Positions 31,083-41,398 of a DNA stretch of 64,000 nt are shown piece after piece. The DNA is from Oscillospiraceae bacterium (GTDB taxonomy: Bacteria > Bacillota > Clostridia > Oscillospirales > Oscillospiraceae): positions 252 to 64,251 of the forward strand of contig JAEDJB010000001.1 of assembly GCA_016296565.1 (NCBI GenBank). The letters run 5' to 3'. Below the pieces are notes generated by a model. It saw only the letters and a list, made by a program, of their open reading frames with translations, was not told the origin of the DNA and ran no database searches. The position numbers and the translations under genes were made by a program. Each line of letters starts with the position of its first letter. Position 1 is the stretch's first letter.

Positions 31083-31939
31083 ACTGGCTCTCCTTGGCAT
31101 GTATCCTTTTGCTCTGCCCTGGCGCCGATCACATTATAAACCATGATGGTCACAAAGACGATGGCGCCCCCCAGCAGGGACAGGGGGGAGATCATCTCTC
31201 CCAGCACGATGGCCACCAGCACCGGGTTCAGGATGGGCTCAATGCCCGACACCAGGGAGGCGGAAACCGGCGGCGCGGTCTGAATGCCGGTGGTGAAGAA
31301 GATGTAGGCCAGGCCCAGCTGGAACACCCCCAGGGCAATGGCGGCAGGCAGGGCCGCGCCCCCGAACTGGGTCTCCTGGACCAGGAAGGGCAGGCCGATG
31401 GCCGCCCCCATGGCTTGTCCCAGGATGGTGGAAAAGAGGGGATCGCCCCCGGGAATCTTGTTCAGCAGGAAAACCCAGGCGTAGCCCACCCCGGAGAGCA
31501 CCGCGATGCAGTCTCCCGCCAGGTATCCGGTGCCCAGACTGTCCAGAAAGAAGCAGGCGATGCCGCCGAAGACCACCAGGCAGGTGATCACATCCAGCTT
31601 TTTGGGCTTCTCCTTAAAAACCAGCCACAGGAAGAGGATCACAAACACCGGGGCGGTGAACTGGAGCAGAATGGTGTTGGCTGCGGTGGTGAGCTTGTTG
31701 GCCATGGTGTACAGGGTGGTGGTGGCGCACATGGCGCAGGCCCCGCCGAAGACCCCGGGGGTGAGCTTCAGCTTGTGATGGGTGACCTTGGCAAACACCA
31801 GCAGAATGGCCACGGAAATGATGCTGCGGAAGGAATTGATGGACAGGGAATTCCAGGGGATCACCTTCACGCACAGGCCACCGATGCTGAACAGCACCGC
31901 GGCGGCGAAGATGCAGGCCAGACCTTTCTTGGAACGCAT
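31079..31939 (-). CDS. EamA/DMT family transporter
   Basis: About 10 TM, ANTILLQFTAP, IEPILNPV. Confidence 0.85.
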   Translation of the reverse strand: MRSKKGLACIFAAAVLFSIGGLCVKVIPWNSLSINSFRSIISVAILLVFAKVTHHKLKLTPGVFGGACAMCATTTLYTMANKLTTAANTILLQFTAPVFVILFLWLVFKEKPKKLDVITCLVVFGGIACFFLDSLGTGYLAGDCIAVLSGVGYAWVFLLNKIPGGDPLFSTILGQAMGAAIGLPFLVQETQFGGAALPAAIALGVFQLGLAYIFFTTGIQTAPPVSASLVSGIEPILNPVLVAIVLGEMISPLSLLGGAIVFVTIMVYNVIGARAEQKDTCQGEPV

Positions 31940-31999
31940 GGGGAGCTCCCTCCTTTTCATTGGATCAGAATGGGCTGCCTTCCCCTCCCTGCGGACAGA

Positions 32000-33283
32000 T
32001 TACACGTTCTCCAGGGCCTGGGTCAGGTCAGCGATAATATCCGCCGGGTCCTCAATGCCCACAGACAGGCGGACCAGGTCGGGGGACACGCCGGCAGCCT
32101 CCAACTCCGCGTCGGACATCTGCCGGTGGGTGGAGGAAGCGGGGTGGAGCACACAGGTCTTTGCATCGGCCACATGGGTGGCGATGGAGGCCAGCTTCAG
32201 GCCGGCCATGAAGGTCTCCGCTGCCTTTCGGCCGCCCTTCACGCCAAAGGTGACCACGCCGCAGGTGCCATTGGGCATATACTTCTGGGCCAGGTCGTAG
32301 TTCTTGTCCCCTTCCAGGCTGGGGCAGGTGACCCAGTCCACCTTGTCGTGGCTCTTCAGGAACTTGGCCACCGCCAGGGCGTTGGCGCAGTGCTGGGGCA
32401 TGCGCAGGTGGAGGGTCTCCAGGCCCACGTTCAGGAAGTAGGCGTTCATGGGAGCGGGGGTGCTGCCGAAGTCACGCATAAGCTGGACGGTGGCCTTGGT
32501 GATGAAGGCGCCGCCCAGGCCGAACCGCTCGGTGTAGGTCACCCCGTGGTAGCTGTCGTCGGGGGTGCACAGGCCGGGGTACTTATCGGGATACTTGGTC
32601 CAGTCGAAGTTGCCGCTGTCCACAATGGCGCCGCCCACCTGGTTGGCGTGGCCGTCCATGTACTTGGTGGTGGAGTGGGTGACGATGTCCGCGCCCCACT
32701 GGAAGGGCCGGCAATTGATGGGGGTGGGGAAGGTGTTGTCCACAATCAGGGGCACCCCGTGGGCGTGGGCAGCCCGGGCAAACTTCTCAATGTCCAGCAC
32801 CGTGAGGGCGGGGTTTGCAATGGTCTCGCCGAACATCGCCTTGGTGTTGGGCTGGAAGGCCGCGTTCAGCTCCTCCTCCGAGCAGTTGGGGTCCACGAAG
32901 GTGAACTGGATGCCCATGCGCTTCATGGTCACGGAGAACAGGTTGAAGGTGCCGCCGTAGATGGCTGCGGAGGCCACCACATGGTCCCCGGCAGAGCAGA
33001 TGTTGAAGATGGCAAAGAAGTTGGCTGCCTGACCGGAAGAGGTCAGCATAGCGGCAGTGCCCCCCTCCAGGGCGCAGATCTTGGCCGCCACCCGGTCAGA
33101 GGTGGGGTTCTGGAGCCGGGTGTAGAAATAGCCCTCGGCCTCCAGGTCGAACAGGGCGCCCATAGCCTCGCTGGTGCCGTAACGGAAGGTGGTGCTCTGA
33201 ACGATAGGAATGTTTCTGGGTTCGCCGCTCTCGGGCACATAGCCCGCGTGGAGACAGTTGGTCCCGTTCTTGTAAGTGCTCAT
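32000..33283 (-). CDS. metY: O-acetylhomoserine aminocarboxypropyltransferase
   Basis: YTRLQNPT, SSGQAA, VDNTF, HSTTKY (PLP lysine), HPASSTHRQ, RLSVGIE. Confidence 0.92.
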   Translation of the reverse strand: MSTYKNGTNCLHAGYVPESGEPRNIPIVQSTTFRYGTSEAMGALFDLEAEGYFYTRLQNPTSDRVAAKICALEGGTAAMLTSSGQAANFFAIFNICSAGDHVVASAAIYGGTFNLFSVTMKRMGIQFTFVDPNCSEEELNAAFQPNTKAMFGETIANPALTVLDIEKFARAAHAHGVPLIVDNTFPTPINCRPFQWGADIVTHSTTKYMDGHANQVGGAIVDSGNFDWTKYPDKYPGLCTPDDSYHGVTYTERFGLGGAFITKATVQLMRDFGSTPAPMNAYFLNVGLETLHLRMPQHCANALAVAKFLKSHDKVDWVTCPSLEGDKNYDLAQKYMPNGTCGVVTFGVKGGRKAAETFMAGLKLASIATHVADAKTCVLHPASSTHRQMSDAELEAAGVSPDLVRLSVGIEDPADIIADLTQALENV

Positions 33284-33322
33284 AGCCTGCTGGCCTCCTT
33301 GATTTTTATTCATAATGCAAAA

Positions 33323-33351
33323 ATTATACGACCAAGGCGGAAATTGGTCAA
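33323..33351 (-). promoter_or_regulatory. Sigma-A promoter of metY
   Basis: TTGACC-17 bp-TATAAT. Confidence 0.7.
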
Positions 33352-33863
33352 TCCCCCATTTCCGCCTTCTCCGGGGGCAAACAGGCTTTTTCCTGCTTTC
33401 ATCATACGGCGGCCGCCTGCCGGGGACAATGATCTCTTGGGGCTAACTTTGTTACCAGCTTCCAGTATTTTTACTTATTTTCGGGTAGTTCCCTTCCTCT
33501 CCATACCGCTTTCTTTCCAATTCTTACTTATTTTTCAATACTTCCGCATGCAGCAGCTCTCTTTTCTCATTGTTTCCCGGTAGCTGGTGGGAATCCGGGA
33601 CCAGAGCGCCGCGTTCTCCCGCTTTTTCTTTTTGTTTCTATTCCATGTTTTTTCTTCCTATTCATCATTATTTATTCTTTTAAACCCTGTGATCCAGCAA
33701 AATTTTCCTGTTTTTACGAAAATCCTCCAATTTCCCTCATCTTGACAGTTTCATTAAAACATTTTTATTGGAATTATTTCAGAAGAAAAAAGTTGGTGAT
33801 TTTGTTTGCAGCAATTTGTGCTCATTTTTTATATTAAGACACAGATTTAAGTACCTGTCCCGA

Positions 33864-33908
33864 AACAATTGATGGAATTGTTGTCATCCCATCTCCCGGG
33901 AGTATACT
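33864..33908 (+). promoter_or_regulatory. Putative promoter of hydrogenase copy 1 with upstream palindrome
   Basis: AACAATT-N5-AATTGTT overlapping TTGTCA-16 bp-TATACT. Confidence 0.5.
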
Positions 33909-34000
33909 GATAGTAGGCTATATTCAGGTCCCCGGAGAACCCCTCCGGGACCCTCGGTTTGACCCCCTGCCAACTGTATCCAGAAGGGAGACGATGGAGT

Positions 34001-35824
34001 TTGAGTAGATTAAGCATTACGCCCTGGGAAAATGCCCAGCGGACCGTTGACGACCTGTACGCGGACCTGGAGCGGCGCATCTCCGCCGCCCCCTGCGGAA
34101 ACTGTCCCGTGGAGCTGACCAGCGCCTTTTTGAAGCTGTGTCTGGCCCAGAGCTGCGGCAAGTGCGTGCCCTGCCGCATCGGCCTGGACCGGCTGTCCGC
34201 CCTGCTGAACCAGCTGCTGGACGGTCAGGGCAGCCCTGAGGATCTGAACACCATTCTCCGCTCCGCCCAGGCCATTGTGGACAGCGCTGACTGCGCCATC
34301 GGATTCGAGGCCGCCCAGATGGTACTGGACGGCTACGTGGCCTTTCACGACGACTACCTGGCCCATGTGGACCAGGGCAGCTGCACCGCCAACTTCAAGA
34401 GCGTGCCCTGCGTGGAGCTGTGTCCCGCCCACGTGGACGTACCCGGTTATATCTCCCTGGTGGGAGAGGAACGCTACGCCGACGCCATCCGCCTCATCCG
34501 GAAGGACAACCCCTTCCCCTCGGTGTGCGGTCTGGTGTGCGAGCACCCCTGCGAGACCCACTGCCGCCGGTCCATCGTGGACGCTCCGCTGAACATCCGG
34601 GGGGTGAAGCGGTTCGCCGTGGACCACGCCGGGGAAGTCCCTGCCCCGCCCTGCGCCCCTTCCTCCGGGAAAACCATCGCCATCGTAGGGGGCGGTCCCT
34701 CCGGCCTCACCGCCGCTTACTTTCTTTCCCTCATGGGCCACAAGGCCACGGTGTTCGAGGCCAAGCCCAAGTTGGGAGGCATGCTCCGGTACGGCATCCC
34801 CAGCTACCGGCTGCCCGCCTCTTACCTGGACCGGGACATCAACTGCATCCTCTCCACCGGCGTAGAGGTTCGCACCAACTGCGCCGTGGGGAAGGACATA
34901 ACCTTAGAGGAGCTGCGCCGGGAATACGACAGCGTCTATGTGGCCATCGGCGCGGCCCTGCACAAGCCTCTGGGCATCCCCGGGGAGGACGCGCCGGGGG
35001 TGCTCTCCGCCATCAAACTGCTGGCCCTGCGGGAGGACCGGCCGGACTTTACCGGCAAGCACGTGGTGGTGGTGGGCGGCGGCAACGTGGCCATGGACGC
35101 CACCCGCACCGCCGTCCGCCTGGGGGCGGAATCGGTGAAATGCGTCTACCGCCGCCGGATCTCCGACATGACCGCCCTGCCCGAGGAGGTGGAGGGCGCC
35201 ATGGCCGAGGGCTGCGAAATCCTGCCCCTGAAGGCCCCTGTCCGGGTGGAAACAGATGCGCAGGGCCGGGTCACCGGCCTGGTGGTCCAGCCCCAGGTGA
35301 TCGGCGAGGTAAAGGGAGGCCGCCCCGCTCCCCGGGACGCCGACCAGCCCCAGGAGCGCATCCCCTGCGACGTGGTCCTCATGGCCGTGGGCCAGACCGT
35401 GGACTCCAAGCCCTTCGCCGCCGAGGGTGTTCCCACCAAGTGGGGGAACATTGTGGCCGCTGACGACGGCAGCATCCCCGGCATGGAAGGGGTTTTCTCC
35501 GGTGGCGACTGCGTCTCCGGTCCCGCCACCGTGATTCTGGCCATTGAGGCCGGCAAGGTGGCTGCCGCCAGTATCGACGAATATCTGGGCTGCCACACGG
35601 ACATCTCCGCCAACCTGGAAATTCCCCCCGCCCCCTTCCGTCTGAAAAACGCCACGGGGCGCATTGACCTCACTGAGCGGGAGGCCAGCTGGCGGAAAAA
35701 CGACTTTGAACTGCTGGAAAACTGCATGTCTGAGCAGGAAATGGCCCAGGAATGCAGCCGCTGCCTGCGGTGCGACCACTACGGCCACGCGGGCTTCAAG
35801 GGAGGGAGGAAAGCAGCATGGTGA
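34001..35824 (+). CDS. GltD-like FAD/NAD(P)H oxidoreductase with N-terminal NuoF-type 4Fe-4S domain (hydrogenase partner), copy 1
   Basis: QSCGKCVPCRIG, CGLVCEHPCE, GGGPSG, GGMLRYGIP, GGGNVAMD, YRR, ECSRCLRC. Confidence 0.9.
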   Translation: MSRLSITPWENAQRTVDDLYADLERRISAAPCGNCPVELTSAFLKLCLAQSCGKCVPCRIGLDRLSALLNQLLDGQGSPEDLNTILRSAQAIVDSADCAIGFEAAQMVLDGYVAFHDDYLAHVDQGSCTANFKSVPCVELCPAHVDVPGYISLVGEERYADAIRLIRKDNPFPSVCGLVCEHPCETHCRRSIVDAPLNIRGVKRFAVDHAGEVPAPPCAPSSGKTIAIVGGGPSGLTAAYFLSLMGHKATVFEAKPKLGGMLRYGIPSYRLPASYLDRDINCILSTGVEVRTNCAVGKDITLEELRREYDSVYVAIGAALHKPLGIPGEDAPGVLSAIKLLALREDRPDFTGKHVVVVGGGNVAMDATRTAVRLGAESVKCVYRRRISDMTALPEEVEGAMAEGCEILPLKAPVRVETDAQGRVTGLVVQPQVIGEVKGGRPAPRDADQPQERIPCDVVLMAVGQTVDSKPFAAEGVPTKWGNIVAADDGSIPGMEGVFSGGDCVSGPATVILAIEAGKVAAASIDEYLGCHTDISANLEIPPAPFRLKNATGRIDLTEREASWRKNDFELLENCMSEQEMAQECSRCLRCDHYGHAGFKGGRKAAW

Positions 35825-37536
35825 CCCTGACCATCGACAACCGGCCCATCACAGTGCCCACCGGCACCACCATCCTGGACGCCGCCCGGCAGGCGGACAT
35901 CCGCATCCCCACTCTCTGCTACCTGCGGGAGATCAACGAGGTAGGCTCCTGCCGCATCTGCGCCGTGGAGGTGGAAGGGGTGGACAAGCTGGCCACCGCC
36001 TGCAACACCCTGGTGGAGGAAGGCATGGTGGTGCGCACCAACACCCAGCGGGTACGCATCACCCGCAAAACCAACGTGGAGCTGATTCTCTCCCAGCACG
36101 TGGACCACTGCGTCACCTGCGTGCGCAGCGGCAACTGCTCCCTGCAGAAGCTCTCCAAGGACATGAATATTCAGGCGGTTCCCTTCACCAAGGCCGCCTT
36201 TGAGCGGCCCTGGGACAACACCCTGCCCATCCTCCGGGACAGTTCCAAGTGCATCAAGTGCCTGCGGTGTGTCTCCGTCTGTGAGCGGGTCCAGTCCCTG
36301 GGGGTGTGGGAGGTTACCGGCTCCGGTGCTCACACCACCGTCCGGGTCCGCCAGGGTCTGCGGATGAATGAATCCCCCTGCTCCTTCTGCGGCCAGTGCG
36401 TGGCTCACTGCCCCGTGGGAGCCCTCCGGGAGCGGGACGACACGGAGAAGGTCTTTGCCGCTCTGTCCGACCCCAAAAAGGAAGTGGTCTTTCAGATTGC
36501 CCCCGCCGTCCGGGCTGCCTGGGGCGAAAGCCTTGGGCTCACCCCTGAGCAGGCAACGGAAAAACGGCTGGCCGCCGCCGTCCGGGCCTTGGGGGTCCCC
36601 CATGTGTTCGACACCACTTTCTCCGCCGACCTGACCATCCTGGAGGAGGCCAGCGAGCTGGCGGCTCAGCTGGCGCATCCGGAGCAGGGAAATCTGCCCC
36701 AGTTCACCTCCTGCTGCCCCGGCTGGGTCCGGTTCCTGCGCAGGGAGTATCCCCAGATGGTCTCTCACCTGTCCACTGCCAAGAGCCCCCAGCAGATGTT
36801 TGGCGCGGTGGCCAAGAGTTACTTTGCCCAGCTGCTGGGGAAGGACCCGGAGGACATTTTCTGCGTGTCCGTTATGCCCTGCATCGCCAAAAAGTACGAG
36901 TGCGACGTGCCCCAGGTCAGTGACGCGGCGGAGAAGGACGTGGACGTGGTCCTCACCTGCCGGGAGCTGAACCGGATGCTGCGGGCCATGCAGGTCAATG
37001 TGGCTGCCCTGCCGGAGGAGGACTTTGACGCACCCCTGGGCCGGGGCTCCGGGGCCGGGGTCATCTTCGGCATTACCGGCGGCGTGATGGAAGCCGCCCT
37101 GCGCACCGCCGCCTATCTCCTTACCGGGGTCAATCCCCCGGCGGACGCCTTCCGGGACGTACGAGGAGACAAGCCCTGGCGGGAGGCGACCTTTACCCTT
37201 GGAGAAACCACCCTTCGTTTGGCAGTGGCCTCCGGCCTGGGCAGCGCCCGGGCTCTCATGGACGGCATCCAGGCCAAGCAGGTCTCCTACGACTTTGTGG
37301 AAGTGATGGCCTGCCCCGGCGGCTGCTCCGGCGGCGGCGGGCAGCCCATCCACGACGGACAGGACCTGTCCCAGAAACGAGGGTCCTGCCTGTACCGGCT
37401 GGACCAGGACAGCCCCACCCGCTTCTCCCATGAGAACCCCTCCGTGCAGACCCTGTACCAGGAGTACCTGGAAAAGCCCCTGTCGGAACAGGCTCACAAG
37501 CTGCTGCACACGGACCAGAGTACCTGGTGCCTGTAA
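35818..37536 (+). CDS. hydA: Group A [FeFe]-hydrogenase catalytic subunit, copy 1
   Basis: 2Fe-2S and 4Fe-4S F-clusters, H-cluster motifs TSCCPGW, MPCIAKKYE, EVMACPGGCSGGGGQP. Confidence 0.94.
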   Translation: MVTLTIDNRPITVPTGTTILDAARQADIRIPTLCYLREINEVGSCRICAVEVEGVDKLATACNTLVEEGMVVRTNTQRVRITRKTNVELILSQHVDHCVTCVRSGNCSLQKLSKDMNIQAVPFTKAAFERPWDNTLPILRDSSKCIKCLRCVSVCERVQSLGVWEVTGSGAHTTVRVRQGLRMNESPCSFCGQCVAHCPVGALRERDDTEKVFAALSDPKKEVVFQIAPAVRAAWGESLGLTPEQATEKRLAAAVRALGVPHVFDTTFSADLTILEEASELAAQLAHPEQGNLPQFTSCCPGWVRFLRREYPQMVSHLSTAKSPQQMFGAVAKSYFAQLLGKDPEDIFCVSVMPCIAKKYECDVPQVSDAAEKDVDVVLTCRELNRMLRAMQVNVAALPEEDFDAPLGRGSGAGVIFGITGGVMEAALRTAAYLLTGVNPPADAFRDVRGDKPWREATFTLGETTLRLAVASGLGSARALMDGIQAKQVSYDFVEVMACPGGCSGGGGQPIHDGQDLSQKRGSCLYRLDQDSPTRFSHENPSVQTLYQEYLEKPLSEQAHKLLHTDQSTWCL

Positions 37537-37571
37537 CCGCCAGACCCCCAGAGGGGGGGAACACAGAACGC

Positions 37572-37610
37572 AATCCCTGCCGTAACCCTTACGGCAGGGA
37601 TTTTTATTTT
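37572..37610 (+). terminator. Intrinsic terminator between hydrogenase copies
   Basis: AATCCCTGCCGTAA-CCC-TTACGGCAGGGATTTTT. Confidence 0.85.
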
Positions 37611-37635
37611 CACATGAAAGTTTCCAAAGTTTCTA

Positions 37636-37664
37636 TTGCATTTCCTCACATTTCCGATTATGAT
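37636..37664 (+). promoter_or_regulatory. Putative promoter of hydrogenase copy 2
   Basis: TTGCAT-17 bp-TATGAT. Confidence 0.55.
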
Positions 37665-37799
37665 AGTGTGTTGTTTGCCAAATACAACAAAATTCTGATT
37701 ATTCCGACCGCTGTTTCTGTTTTCTTTGCTTTTTCACGGAATCAGCTGTCTTTTTTGATTCACCGCGCCCCCGCGCGCAAAGAAGGGAGACGATCAACT

Positions 37800-39629
37800 T
37801 TGAGCAGGTTAAGTATCACCCCCTGGGAGAACGCCCAGCGGACCGTTGACGACCTGTACGCAGATATGGAGCGGCGCATCTCCGCCGCCCCCTGCGGAAA
37901 CTGTCCCGTGGAGCTGACCAGCGCCTTTTTGAAATTGTGCCTGGCCCAGAGCTGCGGAAAATGCGTGCCCTGCCGCATCGGCCTGGACCGGCTGTCCGCC
38001 CTGCTGGACCGGCTGCTGGACGGCCACGGCAGCGAGGAGGACCTGGAGACCATTCTCCGCTCCGCCCAGGCCATTGTGGACAGCGCTGACTGCGCCATCG
38101 GCTTTGAAGCCGCCCAGATGGTGCTGGACGGCTACGTGGCCTTCCACGACGACTACCTGGCCCACGTGGCCCAGGGCAGCTGCACCGCCAACTTCAAAAG
38201 TGTCCCCTGCGTGGAGCTGTGCCCCGCCCACGTGGACGTACCCGGCTATATCTCCCTGGTGGGAGAGGAGCGGTACGCTGACGCCATCCGCCTCATCCGC
38301 AAGGACAACCCCTTCCCCTCCGTCTGCGGTCTGGTGTGCGAGCACCCCTGCGAGACTCACTGCCGCCGGTCCATTGTGGACGCCCCGCTGAACATCCGGG
38401 GCATCAAGCGCTTTGCCGTGGACCACGCCGGGGAAGTTCCCGCTCCGCCCTGCGCCCCTGCCTCCGGCAAGAAAATTGCCATCGTGGGCGGCGGACCCTC
38501 CGGCCTGACCGCCGCCTATTTCCTGTCCCTCATGGGCCACAAGGCCATGGTGTTCGAAGCCAAGCCCAAGCTGGGTGGCATGCTCCGGTACGGCATTCCC
38601 AGCTACCGTCTGCCCGGTTCCTACCTGGACCGGGACATCGACTGCATCCTCTCCACCGGCGTAGAGGTGCGCACCAACTGCAACGTGGGCACCGACGTAA
38701 CCCTGGAGGAGCTGCGCCGGGACTATGACAGCGTCTATGTGGCCATCGGCGCGGCCCTGCACAAGCCCCTGGGTATCCCCGGGGAGGACGCGGCAGGGGT
38801 GCTCTCCGCCATCGAGCTGCTGGACACCACCATCCGGGTGGACAAGCCCGACTTTACCGGCAAGAACGTGGTCATTGTAGGCGGCGGCAACGTGGCCATG
38901 GACGCCACCCGCACCGCCGTCCGTCTGGGGGCAAGCTCCGTCAAGTGCGTCTACCGCCGCCGGATTTCCGACATGACCGCCCTGCCCGAAGAGGTGGAGG
39001 GCGCCATGGCCGAGGGCTGCGAGATTCTGCCTCTGAAGGCCCCCGTCCGCATTGAAACGAACGAGCAAGGCAAGGTCACCGGCCTGGTGGTTCAGCCCCA
39101 GGTGATCGGCGAGGTGAAGGGCGGCCGTCCCGCCCCCAGAAACGCCGATCAGCCCGAGGAGGTTATCCCCTGCGACGTAGTCCTCATGGCCGTGGGCCAG
39201 AAGGTGGACTCCAAGTCCTTTGAGCAGGCAGGCATGCCCACCAAGTGGGGGAACCTTGTGGCTGCCGACGACGGCAGCATCCCCGGTATGGAAGGGGTTT
39301 TCTCCGGGGGCGACTGCGTCTCCGGCCCCGCTACTGTGATTCTGGCCATCGAGGCCGGCAAGGTGGCTGCCGCCAGTATCGACGAGTACCTGGGCTGCCA
39401 CACGGACATCTCCGCCAACCTGGAGATTCCTCCCGCCTCTTTCCGTCTGAAAAACGCCACAGGGCGCATTGACCTCACCGAACGGGAGGCCAACTGGCGG
39501 AAGAACGACTTTGAGCTCATGGAAAACTGCATGTCCGAGCAGGAGATGGCTCAGGAGTGCAGCCGCTGCCTGCGCTGCGACCACTACGGCCACGCCGGCT
39601 TCAAGGGAGGGAGAAAGACAACATGGTAA
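37800..39629 (+). CDS. GltD-like oxidoreductase (hydrogenase partner), copy 2
   Basis: Same motifs as 34001-35824, TTG start after the same RBS. Confidence 0.9.
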   Translation: MSRLSITPWENAQRTVDDLYADMERRISAAPCGNCPVELTSAFLKLCLAQSCGKCVPCRIGLDRLSALLDRLLDGHGSEEDLETILRSAQAIVDSADCAIGFEAAQMVLDGYVAFHDDYLAHVAQGSCTANFKSVPCVELCPAHVDVPGYISLVGEERYADAIRLIRKDNPFPSVCGLVCEHPCETHCRRSIVDAPLNIRGIKRFAVDHAGEVPAPPCAPASGKKIAIVGGGPSGLTAAYFLSLMGHKAMVFEAKPKLGGMLRYGIPSYRLPGSYLDRDIDCILSTGVEVRTNCNVGTDVTLEELRRDYDSVYVAIGAALHKPLGIPGEDAAGVLSAIELLDTTIRVDKPDFTGKNVVIVGGGNVAMDATRTAVRLGASSVKCVYRRRISDMTALPEEVEGAMAEGCEILPLKAPVRIETNEQGKVTGLVVQPQVIGEVKGGRPAPRNADQPEEVIPCDVVLMAVGQKVDSKSFEQAGMPTKWGNLVAADDGSIPGMEGVFSGGDCVSGPATVILAIEAGKVAAASIDEYLGCHTDISANLEIPPASFRLKNATGRIDLTEREANWRKNDFELMENCMSEQEMAQECSRCLRCDHYGHAGFKGGRKTTW

Positions 39630-41341
39630 CACTGACCATCGACAACCGGACCGTCACTGTCCCCGAGGGCACCACCATTCTGGACGCCGCCCGGGCCGCG
39701 GACATCTGCATTCCCACCCTCTGCTATCTGCGGGACATCAACGAGGTGGCCTCCTGCCGCATCTGCGCCGTGGAGGTGGAAGGGGTGGACAAGCTGGCCA
39801 CCGCCTGCAACACCCTGGTGGAGGAAGGCATGGTGGTCCACACCAACACCCAACGGGTGCGGGTCACCCGCAAGACCAACGTGGAGCTGATTCTCTCTCA
39901 GCACGTGGACCACTGCGTCACCTGTGTGCGCAGCGGCAACTGCTCCCTGCAGAAGCTCTCCAAGGACATGAACATCCAGTCCGTCCCCTTCGGCAAGGCC
40001 GCCTCGGAGCGGCCCTGGGACAGCACCCTGCCCATCCTTCGGGACAGCTCCAAGTGCATCAAGTGCCTGCGGTGCGTCTCCGTCTGCGAGCGGGTCCAGT
40101 CCCTGGGGGTGTGGGAGGTCACCGGCTCCGGTGCTCACACCACCGTCCGGGTTCGCCAGGGCCTGCGGATGAACGAGGCCGCCTGCGCCTTCTGCGGCCA
40201 GTGCGTGGCTCACTGCCCCGTGGGGGCCCTCCGGGAGCGGGACGACACGGAGAAGGTCTTTGCCGCCCTGTCCGACCCCAAGAAGGAAGTGGTCTTCCAG
40301 ATTGCCCCCGCCGTCCGGGCTGCCTGGGGCGAGGAACTGGGACTTACCCCCGAGCAGGCAACGGAAAAGCGGCTGGCCGCCGCCGTCCGTGCCCTGGGAG
40401 TTCCCCATGTGTTCGACACCACTTTCTCCGCTGACCTGACCATCCTGGAGGAGGCCAGCGAGCTGGTGGAGCGGCTGTCTCACCCTGAGAACGCTTCCCT
40501 GCCCCAATTTACCTCCTGCTGTCCCGGCTGGGTGCGGTTCCTCCGCACGGAGTACCCCCAGCTGGTTCCCCACCTGTCCACCGCCAAGAGCCCCCAGCAG
40601 ATGTTCGGGGCGGTGGCCAAGAGTTACTTTGCCCAGCTGCTGGGGAAGGACCCGGAGGACATTTTCTGCGTGTCCGTTATGCCCTGCATTGCTAAGAAGT
40701 ATGAGTGCGACGTGCCCCAGGTGAACGACGCGGCGGAGAAGGACGTGGACGTGGTCCTCACCTGCCGGGAGCTGGACCGGATGCTCCGGGCCATGCAGAT
40801 TAACGCCGCCGCCCTGCCCGAGGAGGACTTTGACGCACCCCTGGGCCGGGGCTCCGGGGCCGGGGTTATCTTCGGCGTCACCGGCGGCGTGATGGAGGCC
40901 GCCCTGCGCACCGCCGCCTATACGCTTACCGGGTCCAATCCCCCGGCGGACGCCTTCCGGGACGTGCGGGGGGACAAGCCCTGGCGGGAAGCCACCTTCA
41001 CCATCGGGGACACCACCCTCCGCCTGGCGGTGGCCTCCGGACTGGGCAGCGCCCGGGCCCTCATGGACGCCATCCAGGCCAAGCAAGCCGCTTATGACTT
41101 TGTGGAGGTCATGGCCTGCCCCGGCGGCTGCTCCGGCGGCGGCGGACAGCCCATCCACGACGGACAGGACCTGTCCCGGGAGCGGGGCGCCTGCCTATAC
41201 CGGCTGGATCAGGACAGCCCCATCCGCTTCTCCCATGAAAATCCCTCCGTACAGGTTCTGTACCGGGAGTACCTGGAAAAGCCCCTGTCGGAACAGGCTC
41301 ACAAGCTGCTGCACACGGACCAAAGCGTCTGGAGCTTATAA
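39623..41341 (+). CDS. hydA: Group A [FeFe]-hydrogenase catalytic subunit, copy 2
   Basis: All three H-cluster motifs intact. Confidence 0.94.
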   Translation: MVTLTIDNRTVTVPEGTTILDAARAADICIPTLCYLRDINEVASCRICAVEVEGVDKLATACNTLVEEGMVVHTNTQRVRVTRKTNVELILSQHVDHCVTCVRSGNCSLQKLSKDMNIQSVPFGKAASERPWDSTLPILRDSSKCIKCLRCVSVCERVQSLGVWEVTGSGAHTTVRVRQGLRMNEAACAFCGQCVAHCPVGALRERDDTEKVFAALSDPKKEVVFQIAPAVRAAWGEELGLTPEQATEKRLAAAVRALGVPHVFDTTFSADLTILEEASELVERLSHPENASLPQFTSCCPGWVRFLRTEYPQLVPHLSTAKSPQQMFGAVAKSYFAQLLGKDPEDIFCVSVMPCIAKKYECDVPQVNDAAEKDVDVVLTCRELDRMLRAMQINAAALPEEDFDAPLGRGSGAGVIFGVTGGVMEAALRTAAYTLTGSNPPADAFRDVRGDKPWREATFTIGDTTLRLAVASGLGSARALMDAIQAKQAAYDFVEVMACPGGCSGGGGQPIHDGQDLSRERGACLYRLDQDSPIRFSHENPSVQVLYREYLEKPLSEQAHKLLHTDQSVWSL

Positions 41342-41352
41342 CAGAAACAACA

Positions 41353-41398
41353 CAGCGCCCGCTGCGAATTTTTCGCAGCGGGCGCTGATTTTTTTATT
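41353..41398. terminator. Intrinsic terminator
   Basis: CAGCGCCCGCTGCGAA...TTCGCAGCGGGCGCTG followed by T-run. Confidence 0.75.

Larger units (their letters stand above)
33982..41341 (+). repeat. Diverged tandem duplication (period about 3.8 kb) of a two-gene hydrogenase module
   Basis: Homology starts at AGAAGGGAGACGAT (33982 and 37781) and runs through both genes, with scattered substitutions. Confidence 0.93.

Noticed and set aside
31094..33583. 829-aa plus-strand ORF
   Set aside because: Antisense shadow of metY and EamA.
33284..33860. Possible SAM riboswitch/T-box or Rex sites in the AT-rich metY-hydrogenase spacer
   Set aside because: The metY promoter lies about 40 bp from the start, leaving no leader, and there is no convincing TTGTGAA-N4-TTCACAA match.
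37527..37799. 91-aa N-terminal extension of the copy-2 oxidoreductase in the ORF track
   Set aside because: It spans a terminator and promoter. Homology and RBS place the start at TTG 37800.
35779..41158. Long minus-strand ORFs over the hydrogenase genes
   Set aside because: Shadows of well-supported plus-strand genes.
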